IMG/VR virus record: IMGVR_UViG_3300038441_001119
Coordinates: 148,353-212,352 of that record
Reading direction: 5' to 3' (one strand)
DNA length: 64,000 bases
The translations under genes were made by a program, and so were the position numbers. Below, in pieces: positions 26,060-34,603 of this stretch (the stretch's first letter is position 1; each line of letters starts with the position of its first letter). Below the pieces are notes generated by a model that saw only the letters and a list, made by a program, of their open reading frames with translations, was not told the DNA's origin and did not search any database.

Positions 26060-27829
26060 TTAGTCCTCCGTGGAAACACAGTAAAACTGCGTGCCCCCTC
26101 CGCCGCCTTCATATGTGGTGAAAGCGCCATCCTCAAATCCGATTGAAACGGTCGAGGTGGAAAGCGTACAGTTATCAGATCCCCAGATATTGATCATCAA
26201 CTCCGGCGATCTGTAATTTGGAATAGGTTTTTGTACTTCGTAGTACCCTTCCGGGTAAATTTCACAACGAAGATTGATATCGACTCCGTTGCCTCCTTCA
26301 CCGGGTTGATCTGGGTTCAAGCCATCAGGAATTGCTTCCAGCGAAAATGCAACTGGTTGCGACACGATACCAATGACGCCAGCTCTTACTTCTTCGAATC
26401 CGTGGATGTGCGCCGCGCATGTTCCCCCTGCTCCGACATCTGGTGGTGGAGGTTCTGGTGGATCAGGATCTCCATCTCCCCCATCTCCGATATCACCGCA
26501 TCGCGTACGGTCCATCGCCATTTCCATAGCGATCTGGTTGGCATCGGCTTTACTGTCACAACTGATGACTTCGCGTGCAGCAGCTACGCCGGGTTCAGCT
26601 ACATAGCCGCTCGGGCAAGTGCCGTCAACCTGTCTGTCATTGAAGAAACAGCATTTAAGATTCTCTTGGCAAAGCTCGTTGGCTTGTTGCTGCGCGTCTT
26701 CCTGAGACTCTCCCGTCACACTTCCTGATGGGATGGTGACACTCCAAGAATCCGATGCGTCGGGATGCGACCCTGCTACGTCTTGGCAATCGCACACGAC
26801 CTCAATGTTAGGCCAGATACAAAGTGGCTCCAGATTGATAAGTTCGTCTAGGAATGCTCTGATGGACTCGTAGTCAGGGAAACACCGAGACAGCGGAGGG
26901 ATAACAATAGGATTACCCACCGCACCGGGAGGACACTCAATACGGATCTCGTTCTCGTTGCAGAAGCTACAAGGAGGAGAAAAGCTCTTATAAAGCTCTA
27001 TAGCGTCAGCGAGTTCTTCCGGGGTACTACGGCAGAGGAATCCTGCCGGATAAGTCTTACCGCCAGTTACGACGATACCCGTCATGTCAGCTCCCTCTGG
27101 AATTACGCAGGGAACAGAAAATGGCTCATTACAGTAAACGCATCGGATCTCCCGGTCTGCGTCACGCTGGGCTTTGCGGTCTGCGTCCTCCTGTGAAACG
27201 TAGGAAATCGCATAACCTTCTTCCTTGGTTACTGAGTCTCCAAGTGCTCCTTCAGGACAGGAAACAGTATATGGTGCGCTTTTCCAGTAACAGGTTAGGA
27301 GACTAAGCGCATACTGATTGGCAGACTCGTCCAGAATGGCTTGCGTACTGGATATTGCTTCTGCTAGCTGTGCTGCTTGGTTCAGAGTAAGCAGAAGGGC
27401 ACCGGCGATCTCACTGATCGTCATAGTACCGGACGCAAGCAGTGCGCGAAGATCGTCCGTCAGAACCCGTCCAATGTACATCTCCTGAGATGTAGTCAGG
27501 TTATTGATGTTATAAAAGGAGATTTCCGCCGTCTCATAACCTGCTGTCACGGTAACGCTGTCTCCATGAGGAGCCGGGTGGTCAGTACCGCAAACCTTTG
27601 TAATCTCTGCGCTAAGCAAGCGCAGTGGGTTAATATTGGGGATCTCAGGTGGGGGAGAAGGATTACCTTCCTCCGGGACATACGTCCGCTTCGGTACAGT
27701 ACCTTCCTGAGGATCACATGGCGGAGTTGGCTTCTTCTTAAGAGGCAGCCAACTGAATATAGACGGGGCAGAAACGTTCTCGCAAGAAGGTTGATCCCGC
27801 CTGCGATTTCTTTCTTCGTCGCTAGGCAT
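26060..27829 (-). CDS. Cys-rich repeat protein (DUF5977-like repeats), probable tail appendage
   Basis: Repeated SQEDADRKA / SQEDAQQQA / SKADANQIA units flanked by C-x-[YWF]-x-N...C; start set at MPSDEE (TAATG overlap at 27829). Confidence 0.55.
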   Translation of the reverse strand: MPSDEERNRRRDQPSCENVSAPSIFSWLPLKKKPTPPCDPQEGTVPKRTYVPEEGNPSPPPEIPNINPLRLLSAEITKVCGTDHPAPHGDSVTVTAGYETAEISFYNINNLTTSQEMYIGRVLTDDLRALLASGTMTISEIAGALLLTLNQAAQLAEAISSTQAILDESANQYALSLLTCYWKSAPYTVSCPEGALGDSVTKEEGYAISYVSQEDADRKAQRDADREIRCVYCNEPFSVPCVIPEGADMTGIVVTGGKTYPAGFLCRSTPEELADAIELYKSFSPPCSFCNENEIRIECPPGAVGNPIVIPPLSRCFPDYESIRAFLDELINLEPLCIWPNIEVVCDCQDVAGSHPDASDSWSVTIPSGSVTGESQEDAQQQANELCQENLKCCFFNDRQVDGTCPSGYVAEPGVAAAREVISCDSKADANQIAMEMAMDRTRCGDIGDGGDGDPDPPEPPPPDVGAGGTCAAHIHGFEEVRAGVIGIVSQPVAFSLEAIPDGLNPDQPGEGGNGVDINLRCEIYPEGYYEVQKPIPNYRSPELMINIWGSDNCTLSTSTVSIGFEDGAFTTYEGGGGGTQFYCVSTED

Positions 27830-29352
27830 TATGTTAATCTGACGTGAGTAAACGAAAGCATGGTACTGCATTCCCCTGCTTGCTTGTCGACTTTAACAGT
27901 GTGCACCACTCTGTCAAGGAAACCTTTGAAAGTAGTAGCTTCTGTGTCCTCACGCTCGATCTTGATCTCGTACTGATACCCAGCCTTCCAAGAAAAGTCC
28001 AAAAGGGTCTTGGCGACCATAGAGTACGGCGAGTACTGCGCGTCAGCCAGTACGTTCTCGGAATATTCCTCAAGGATCTTGTGGAAGTTATCCGTATAGG
28101 TTCTGGTGACCTTGCTGACGATCTCGCTTTTCTTGGCTTTGTACTGGCTGATATCCACCACGTTCTCACTGGTATCCTCTTCTCCCGTGATCACATGAAT
28201 CAGGCTGCTGAAAGGAATCCATTGGGGAAGAGGAATGTTGACCATGTTGCCTGCGTCGACTCCATTGGTAACAGCGAAATACGTAGGATAATTGATGAGA
28301 GGAAGAATGGTAGCCTCTGCCTTGTTATCAAGATCGCTCACCTCTGGAGTCACAGGAGCACCGGAGATGACCACACCGGTCGTTACATCCAGTTTCATCT
28401 CCGAGCAGGACATACCAACATAGGATGGAGACAGAGTGGCTTGTTCCGACTCTGCTTCATCCGATGCCATTTGCTTGAATGGACGCATGAACCCAGCTGT
28501 TGACCCATCGTCGTTCCTATTGGAAACAGAAGGAGGAACATAGAACATCTGCGAACCATTGGCAAACGTCATAATATTCGAGAAGAAGTCATCTTTCGAA
28601 CCAGACACGAACTCCCCGATGTAGGCGTTGATACGTCGATTGAAGGCTGTGGCGATAGCTTGTTCACCCAGAGCACCTGAAAGGGATTCATAGGTGTCTT
28701 CAGTGGAGTCATCACACAGAGCTTCAAGTAACGCAAAGTGGTTCTTGTTCCTAGTGTGCACTGTAGCGATCTGTGACAACGTAGAGCCGTCGATCCACTG
28801 GTTGGTACGCTCACTATCAAAATTATCCATCCGTGCCTTCACGACAGCCTTGAGGCGTTCCATGAAGTTACCAGTGGAAGGAATGTCAGCATTGTCTGCT
28901 TGAACCTGCTCTTGATAAGGATCATCGAGGTCCGCATTGGGAACACCCGGAACGACTGCATAGATGTAAGGCTGAAAGGTATTCAGAGTTGCACAGGGGT
29001 GCAGCAACCTAATTGAGTTGGCATAGTAAGAAGTACTGCACTGTATCTCCGGACCGAGAGGATATCCTTGGAAAACAGCAGTCTGTGCGTCGTCACCTTC
29101 CAAATTGATTGTAACAGTGATCTTGTTTCCCTGCTGTCCGCTTACACGTGTCTGCTGTAGCAGACCATAGGCATCCATGGTCTTCTGATCCATAGGAGGC
29201 TTCACTGAAATATCCTCAGCCTCGTGCAAGCTGATAGTTGCCGTGGGAATCTGATTAATCTGCTCCGTAATAGTAACCGAGTCAACTGAATTACCCAGTC
29301 CGCCCAGACCCTCTACAGTTACCTTCGGAAAAATGACTTTCGTCTTACTCAT
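27829..29352 (-). CDS. baseplate hub protein (gp27/late control D-like)
   Basis: 507 aa; SVTITEQINQIPTATISL at the N-terminus and FKGFLDRVVHTV...STMLSFTHVR at the C-terminus; position after tape measure. Confidence 0.65.
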   Translation of the reverse strand: MSKTKVIFPKVTVEGLGGLGNSVDSVTITEQINQIPTATISLHEAEDISVKPPMDQKTMDAYGLLQQTRVSGQQGNKITVTINLEGDDAQTAVFQGYPLGPEIQCSTSYYANSIRLLHPCATLNTFQPYIYAVVPGVPNADLDDPYQEQVQADNADIPSTGNFMERLKAVVKARMDNFDSERTNQWIDGSTLSQIATVHTRNKNHFALLEALCDDSTEDTYESLSGALGEQAIATAFNRRINAYIGEFVSGSKDDFFSNIMTFANGSQMFYVPPSVSNRNDDGSTAGFMRPFKQMASDEAESEQATLSPSYVGMSCSEMKLDVTTGVVISGAPVTPEVSDLDNKAEATILPLINYPTYFAVTNGVDAGNMVNIPLPQWIPFSSLIHVITGEEDTSENVVDISQYKAKKSEIVSKVTRTYTDNFHKILEEYSENVLADAQYSPYSMVAKTLLDFSWKAGYQYEIKIEREDTEATTFKGFLDRVVHTVKVDKQAGECSTMLSFTHVRLT

Positions 29353-30080
29353 TTACGCAGTTTTATATCAGAAAGAACAATAGCACAAGCAACGACTGCC
29401 ACTTTGTAGAATGGATCAGGGGAAGCATGGAAAGAGTCCAGAAGCCCATGGGAGTTGATCAAGGACATCGTGGGAGCATGCGACAGCAGACGGTCCGCTA
29501 CAGCCTTGTATGGGTATCTAGATGGGTGTATATTCAGCCGTATGATCGTACCTTCTTCCCACATGGTAGGAATGATACCGAAGTTGCAACCTGCCAGCAC
29601 ATCTTGGAAACCCTTACCGAAGAACATAGCCCTGTCATCGAACCATTGGATAGGGACGATCTTACTGGTAAACGAGGTTGATATGGCGGCTGCGTTGTCT
29701 GCTACATACTGGAAAGTCACCTGAATGCTATCCGGTAGATCCTGCGGTTTCCAGCAGAGGGAAAGCTTGTCGTTTGTAGTCGTAAAGACCCCGCCTTCCA
29801 GTGTTGCGCTGTTCATCTTCACCATGGAAGGGTAGAACCAATCCACACCTTGGTCTGGGATCATATTTACTAGCTCAGGGTATGAGTATAGTGCTTGGAG
29901 GGGTCCAACAGTGTAAAAATCGCTGTCTTTACTATTTAGTCGAAGAGCTTCCCGGGTTTTAACCAAGGCGTCATCCCTTGTACGGTACGAGGGAAGGTTT
30001 ACGCTATTGTTCCATGGCGCAAAGGAAAAGCCTCCACGCTCTGGAGACAGATGGTGAACAATGGCGTTATTAATTTTCAT
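29349..30080 (-). CDS. baseplate-region hypothetical protein (243 aa)
   Basis: Coupled between the tube-like and hub genes. Confidence 0.55.
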   Translation of the reverse strand: MKINNAIVHHLSPERGGFSFAPWNNSVNLPSYRTRDDALVKTREALRLNSKDSDFYTVGPLQALYSYPELVNMIPDQGVDWFYPSMVKMNSATLEGGVFTTTNDKLSLCWKPQDLPDSIQVTFQYVADNAAAISTSFTSKIVPIQWFDDRAMFFGKGFQDVLAGCNFGIIPTMWEEGTIIRLNIHPSRYPYKAVADRLLSHAPTMSLINSHGLLDSFHASPDPFYKVAVVACAIVLSDIKLRK

Positions 30081-30553
30081 TAGGCAGCAGTAGAGTCAGC
30101 AATGATAGCACCGAATGCAAAGTCGTGCATATTAAGTTCAGCGTCAGCTTGGGAAATGACGATGGACTTAAGGTAAATACTGTAAGAAACATTACCGGGA
30201 ATTGAGAACTTCACAGGTGCGGTCGACTCTCCTCGTGCTACAGCCTTCTTATTGAAGTAACTAACGACAGGTCCTAGTCCCGAAGTACTCTCTCCTGCTG
30301 GACCAAGGAACACTGACCCTGAAATCTGGATGGAACCAAAGTCCTCGCCGAATACGTAGAGCACCTTCTTCTTGTCCAAAGTAGATACAGGAAGAACAAT
30401 ATCTTCATCGTTAAGTGAAATGTTACGCAGTATGATGGGATGCTCTTTATCAGAGAAATCGAAACCCTCCAGCTCAAATCCTGCGTTGTTTCCTCCGCCT
30501 TTGGAGTGCTTGACCACACACCCACGCGGGCTATTGTAAAAGTCCGTTGCCAT
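30080..30553 (-). CDS. tail tube-like baseplate protein (tube initiator)
   Basis: LYVFGEDFGSIQISG resembles VYWGFGNAEGTLNIG of the tube protein; follows the tape measure; start set at MATDF. Confidence 0.55.
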   Translation of the reverse strand: MATDFYNSPRGCVVKHSKGGGNNAGFELEGFDFSDKEHPIILRNISLNDEDIVLPVSTLDKKKVLYVFGEDFGSIQISGSVFLGPAGESTSGLGPVVSYFNKKAVARGESTAPVKFSIPGNVSYSIYLKSIVISQADAELNMHDFAFGAIIADSTAA

Positions 30554-30554
30554 A

Positions 30555-33416
30555 TTATTTACGTGCGTCGTGAACCACTTCCAGACGATCAACTTTCATG
30601 GTCCCCACAGAGGTGATACCTCCTGCTTTTTCTTTCGCTTCTTCTTCTTTGGTTTTCTTATCCAGCCACTGACGAATCGCATCAATACCTCCTTTATCGG
30701 CTCCCTTGATCATGTCGTCAGTAATCTTGATGCCAGTTTCTTTCTCCAGCATCGTCTTGTTGTCCTTCATGAAGTTCTGCTCCCAATGCCATCTGGCGTC
30801 CGAGTTCATCTGGACACCTTCTTCACCTCGGTAAGCACGACGGAGGGCGAGCTTGGCAGACTCGTCACCACGTACGGCAAGTCTACCGAGCTTGGACATC
30901 ATTCTGTCGCCGCCTTCTTCGTTGTAGCCGAACGTAGTTTTACCGCCGAACTTCCACATCTGTTTGGTACGCACCAGCATCTCCTCACGCAGCTTAGCCG
31001 ACTTCTCCGGGTCACCGAAAGCTAGGGTGTTACGTTCGGAGTCCGTAAGGTTCTTGCCAGTGATGTAGGAATAGTAGTCACCAAGAGATTGTTTACGGAG
31101 ATCCCCCTCGTACTGCTCGTACTGTGACTCTGACATTAGTGTCATACGGTTGGTGTCGCCTTCCAGCATTTTAGTCCTGAAGCCCGCAGCTCCAAGTGCC
31201 TTCATGATCTCGGTAGCATTACCGGTTCCATTAAGGATACCATTCAGACCTTTCATGTCCCCTACAGAGAGACCGAGAGCGCCCATGAATTTAGCATCTT
31301 TGCCGAACAGATCTCTTTGGTTGTCGGAGAATCTCAGGCTACCTACTTTCTCATCAAGAGCAATACCACCCATAGCCGCACCTTTGGCTGCCGCATACCG
31401 GAAGACTTCGTTCTCCGACAGAGAAGCCGTGCCTCCCGATACGAGGTTATCGAAGATTGTCTGCTGAATACTGGCTTTGCCTGCGGCTGCATCGCCGCCG
31501 ATCTTAGCTCTCTGAATGGAATTGAAGGCGGCATCCTTCTGTCCCTGCAGTAGTGCCTCTTGCGTAATAAAATTCTCTCCATTACCATGCGCAGCCCATT
31601 GGGCTTCACCCATGGTAAGAGCAGAAGACAGTTTACCCAGACCTCCCATATCACCGGCGACAAGGGCAATCTGACCCATCACGTCGTCAATGGATGAACC
31701 ACTTCGGGCAAGAACTTCAGCGCCGTCACCTGTAGCTAGGATCTCACGGACACGAGCCATATCACCTGCAGCAATGGCACCACGGATGGTATCCATCTTC
31801 TCTCCGCCGAAAGAGCCGAGGAGTGTTTCCAATAACCTGCCACCGTTTTTCTGGAAGCCTGCGAGAGTCTTGTCGCCTGCTACGTTTTTGGCAAGATGCT
31901 GGAAGCTGAGACCTTTCTGGAAGCGCGTCTGCTTGATGATACCTTTGGCGTAGGCTTCTCCGTGGACACTGTTGGAGATACCTGCGATAAGTTTCTCCGA
32001 TGAAATGTCCAAGCGACCATGTGGTGCCATTAGACGTGAGGCATTGGCAAACGCCTGCGCACGCTCACGTGGATTCTTGGCGTTCTCCATAGCTTCCACA
32101 GCTTGCCTCATTTCAGGCGTATCGAAGCGACCGGGATCCTCAGTCATTCTCCATCGCATTTCCAGACCAAGTCGAGTCTCCTTCTGCATAGCGATTTGAC
32201 CACCTTCCTCAGCCGACCGTTGAGTGAAAGTTTCTGGAGTTACGGTAGGGCGATATAGACCCTGCCTTGTAGCATTACCCGCCCAGCCTAAAGTAGACTT
32301 GTTCTGAATAGTCGCCAAGATGGCAGTCTGCATCGCAAAATGACTGCTACCGACACCAAACCCTGCTTGCTGATAAGCTACCTGCGCTCCAGCAGCTCTT
32401 TCGAACATTACCTGAGAGTCAACCCCAGACGCAGCAGCGTGGTCCTTCAGCGCCTGTACTTTGGCGGTCATAGCTCGAATACTGCCTGCAGAGCTGCCTC
32501 CAGTGATACGACGGCTGATATCCAGAGTCTCGAACTCGGAGATCTTGCCATACACATCAGCCAGTGCATCTGTGAGTTTGAAGAAGTCAGTGATCTTCTC
32601 GCCTGTCTTCTCAATATTGTCCTTGATGGCTGTGAACCCCATGTTGGTGTTCTTAACGTTGTCCAAGGACTTCACAAGACCACTAAGACCAGCTTTACCA
32701 GCTCGGTTACTCAGCGAGTCAATACCAGCTGATAGTTCCGCGTCAGACCCACCTCTGCGAAGGAGGTCGTTGACCATGTTGGACTCAGAGATACGGTTAT
32801 TGTGTCTGAGATCCGAAGATGCATCCGAAAGGCGGTCTCTGAGCGACTTGGAACCAAAGGTGAACATTCGCTCACCGGCAAAGGCTCCATCAGCCGAGAG
32901 AGCCTGCATTGCGCGGGAAATCTGTGTAGGGTCGCGACCTTGGGTTCGAGTCGAAATACCGAAGCCATTCTGGTTGTAGAAATGGTCCGTCATCCGGTCG
33001 TAGAACATCTTAGCCATGGCGTCATTGGCGGCACCACCTCCGGAGATCATCCGAGTAGTGTTACCCATGCCCATGTACATACCTGCATTCGGCAAGGATT
33101 GCTGAACGCCATATGCAAGGTCCACAAATGAACCTGATCCCATCATGCCCTGCAAAAGGGAGGAACCAAACCTGACATTAGCTCCACCAGAGGAGTAATG
33201 CAAATAGTCATACATCCGGTTGGCATTTTTAGCGCCAATACGGGCTAGTGCGGCCTGTCTCTCCATAGCTCGTACACGCGGATTGTTCATCTGCGCGTAC
33301 TCCATCAGGTTCATCGACGAGTTCTTGCGAACATCCGCTTCCCATTGCCCGAAGGGATCGGGATTGAACCCACCCCCGGCATACCCACCTGAGCCACTGG
33401 CGTTATATTCGAACAC
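30555..33416 (-). CDS. tail tape measure protein (953 aa)
   Basis: Long A/G/M/K-rich helical protein downstream of the chaperone pair and upstream of the baseplate hub. Confidence 0.8.
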   Translation of the reverse strand: MFEYNASGSGGYAGGGFNPDPFGQWEADVRKNSSMNLMEYAQMNNPRVRAMERQAALARIGAKNANRMYDYLHYSSGGANVRFGSSLLQGMMGSGSFVDLAYGVQQSLPNAGMYMGMGNTTRMISGGGAANDAMAKMFYDRMTDHFYNQNGFGISTRTQGRDPTQISRAMQALSADGAFAGERMFTFGSKSLRDRLSDASSDLRHNNRISESNMVNDLLRRGGSDAELSAGIDSLSNRAGKAGLSGLVKSLDNVKNTNMGFTAIKDNIEKTGEKITDFFKLTDALADVYGKISEFETLDISRRITGGSSAGSIRAMTAKVQALKDHAAASGVDSQVMFERAAGAQVAYQQAGFGVGSSHFAMQTAILATIQNKSTLGWAGNATRQGLYRPTVTPETFTQRSAEEGGQIAMQKETRLGLEMRWRMTEDPGRFDTPEMRQAVEAMENAKNPRERAQAFANASRLMAPHGRLDISSEKLIAGISNSVHGEAYAKGIIKQTRFQKGLSFQHLAKNVAGDKTLAGFQKNGGRLLETLLGSFGGEKMDTIRGAIAAGDMARVREILATGDGAEVLARSGSSIDDVMGQIALVAGDMGGLGKLSSALTMGEAQWAAHGNGENFITQEALLQGQKDAAFNSIQRAKIGGDAAAGKASIQQTIFDNLVSGGTASLSENEVFRYAAAKGAAMGGIALDEKVGSLRFSDNQRDLFGKDAKFMGALGLSVGDMKGLNGILNGTGNATEIMKALGAAGFRTKMLEGDTNRMTLMSESQYEQYEGDLRKQSLGDYYSYITGKNLTDSERNTLAFGDPEKSAKLREEMLVRTKQMWKFGGKTTFGYNEEGGDRMMSKLGRLAVRGDESAKLALRRAYRGEEGVQMNSDARWHWEQNFMKDNKTMLEKETGIKITDDMIKGADKGGIDAIRQWLDKKTKEEEAKEKAGGITSVGTMKVDRLEVVHDARK

Positions 33417-33422
33417 GGTCTA

Positions 33423-33881
33423 TTAACTGGTCACGGATTTCTTGGCATCCTCTTTGGCTTTGGCTTCCTCGGCTTTAGCTTCTTTGAGATCTTGCATGAT
33501 ACTACGAATATCGTCTTCAGTAAAGGATTCGGAGTCGTCGCCCACAATGTTGTGTTTCGAGAGAACCTTGTGCAGGTTAATCATCTTACCACTACGAGAC
33601 ATTGGGTTGAGGGCCTCCAGACCTTTGAAGTTAAATGCCTTGGCTGCAGAGATGTAGGAAGCCGCCTCCACAACTTGATGCATCAATTCAGCGCGACCCT
33701 GCGCATCATTGGAAGCAGAGACTAGACGCGACGTTAGGTCGAACCGTAACTGATGGGTCCGTGCAACATCTTCAGCAGCCATTACGCCAAGAACTAGTTC
33801 CTGACGTACGATGGACCGAAAACCTTGAGGGTAGTCTGGAGGTATTAGTGAGTTATCCCGCAGATAGGCTGCCAGCATCAA
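33423..33881 (-). CDS. tail assembly chaperone, C-terminal (T-like) part
   Basis: Lies in the -1 frame of the upstream gene and is reachable through the slippery site at 33902-33908. Confidence 0.65.
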   Translation of the reverse strand: MMLAAYLRDNSLIPPDYPQGFRSIVRQELVLGVMAAEDVARTHQLRFDLTSRLVSASNDAQGRAELMHQVVEAASYISAAKAFNFKGLEALNPMSRSGKMINLHKVLSKHNIVGDDSESFTEDDIRSIMQDLKEAKAEEAKAKEDAKKSVTS

Positions 33882-34603
33882 CTGATACCTGCGGTCGGCC
33901 AGAAATTTTGCTTTCGCAGGTTGTCGTTACAGATCTTCTCTTTGGCATCAAACATACGGACAGCCATGGTGATAGCATTCCACTTAACACGGTGAACGTT
34001 ACCGTAGGTGTCATCCACATGCTTCTTGAGTGCCTTGTGCTGTGCCGTGAAGTTACCTGTTGGACGTTGGAACAGCATTGAGGTATTGCCGAACTTCTCG
34101 ACTTGGAAAGAGGCGATGTAGTATTGCAGGCGGGTGTAGTACCCCTCGATACCTATGATCTCTCCTTTCTCACGCTCTGTTTTCAAACATTGATAGATGA
34201 AGTCCTCTTCTCCCATGGTACGAGAGCGAACTGTAATCTTCACCGTGTCAAAAGGTTCAACCGTGAGCCGGAAGGTCGTGTCATTCAGGAGCGCCTTGAT
34301 ATACAAATCCTTCTCCAGATCCGTAACGTCAATAGTTCCCAGATCAGGGAGCTTCTCCTCGAAAGTGATATGGTTACTTACCGTGGGAACATCCTTATCA
34401 AAATCATGATGTGTAGGGGACTCGATAAACTCGGCTTCTTTGGCTGCCTCTGGGGACGAGGTGATTGCCTCCAAGTCCTCTTTATCCAGTTGACTGTTAT
34501 CGATAAGAACCTCGTTATCCGAAAAGAAGCCTCCTTTTTTAGCTGAACCGCGCACGAAATTAACAACGTCGTCGCTGGTTACGTCTTGTAATTCTTCACT
34601 CAT
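33878..34603 (-). CDS. tail assembly chaperone (G-like, 241 aa)
   Basis: Acidic protein two genes upstream of the tape measure, with a slippery heptamer near its 3' end. Confidence 0.65.
   Translation of the reverse strand: MSEELQDVTSDDVVNFVRGSAKKGGFFSDNEVLIDNSQLDKEDLEAITSSPEAAKEAEFIESPTHHDFDKDVPTVSNHITFEEKLPDLGTIDVTDLEKDLYIKALLNDTTFRLTVEPFDTVKITVRSRTMGEEDFIYQCLKTEREKGEIIGIEGYYTRLQYYIASFQVEKFGNTSMLFQRPTGNFTAQHKALKKHVDDTYGNVHRVKWNAITMAVRMFDAKEKICNDNLRKQNFWPTAGIS
33902..33908 (-). other. -1 programmed frameshift slippery heptamer A_AAT_TTC
   Basis: In-frame X_XXY_YYZ (CAA AAT TTC); the -1 frame is open and runs into 33423..33881. Confidence 0.7.
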
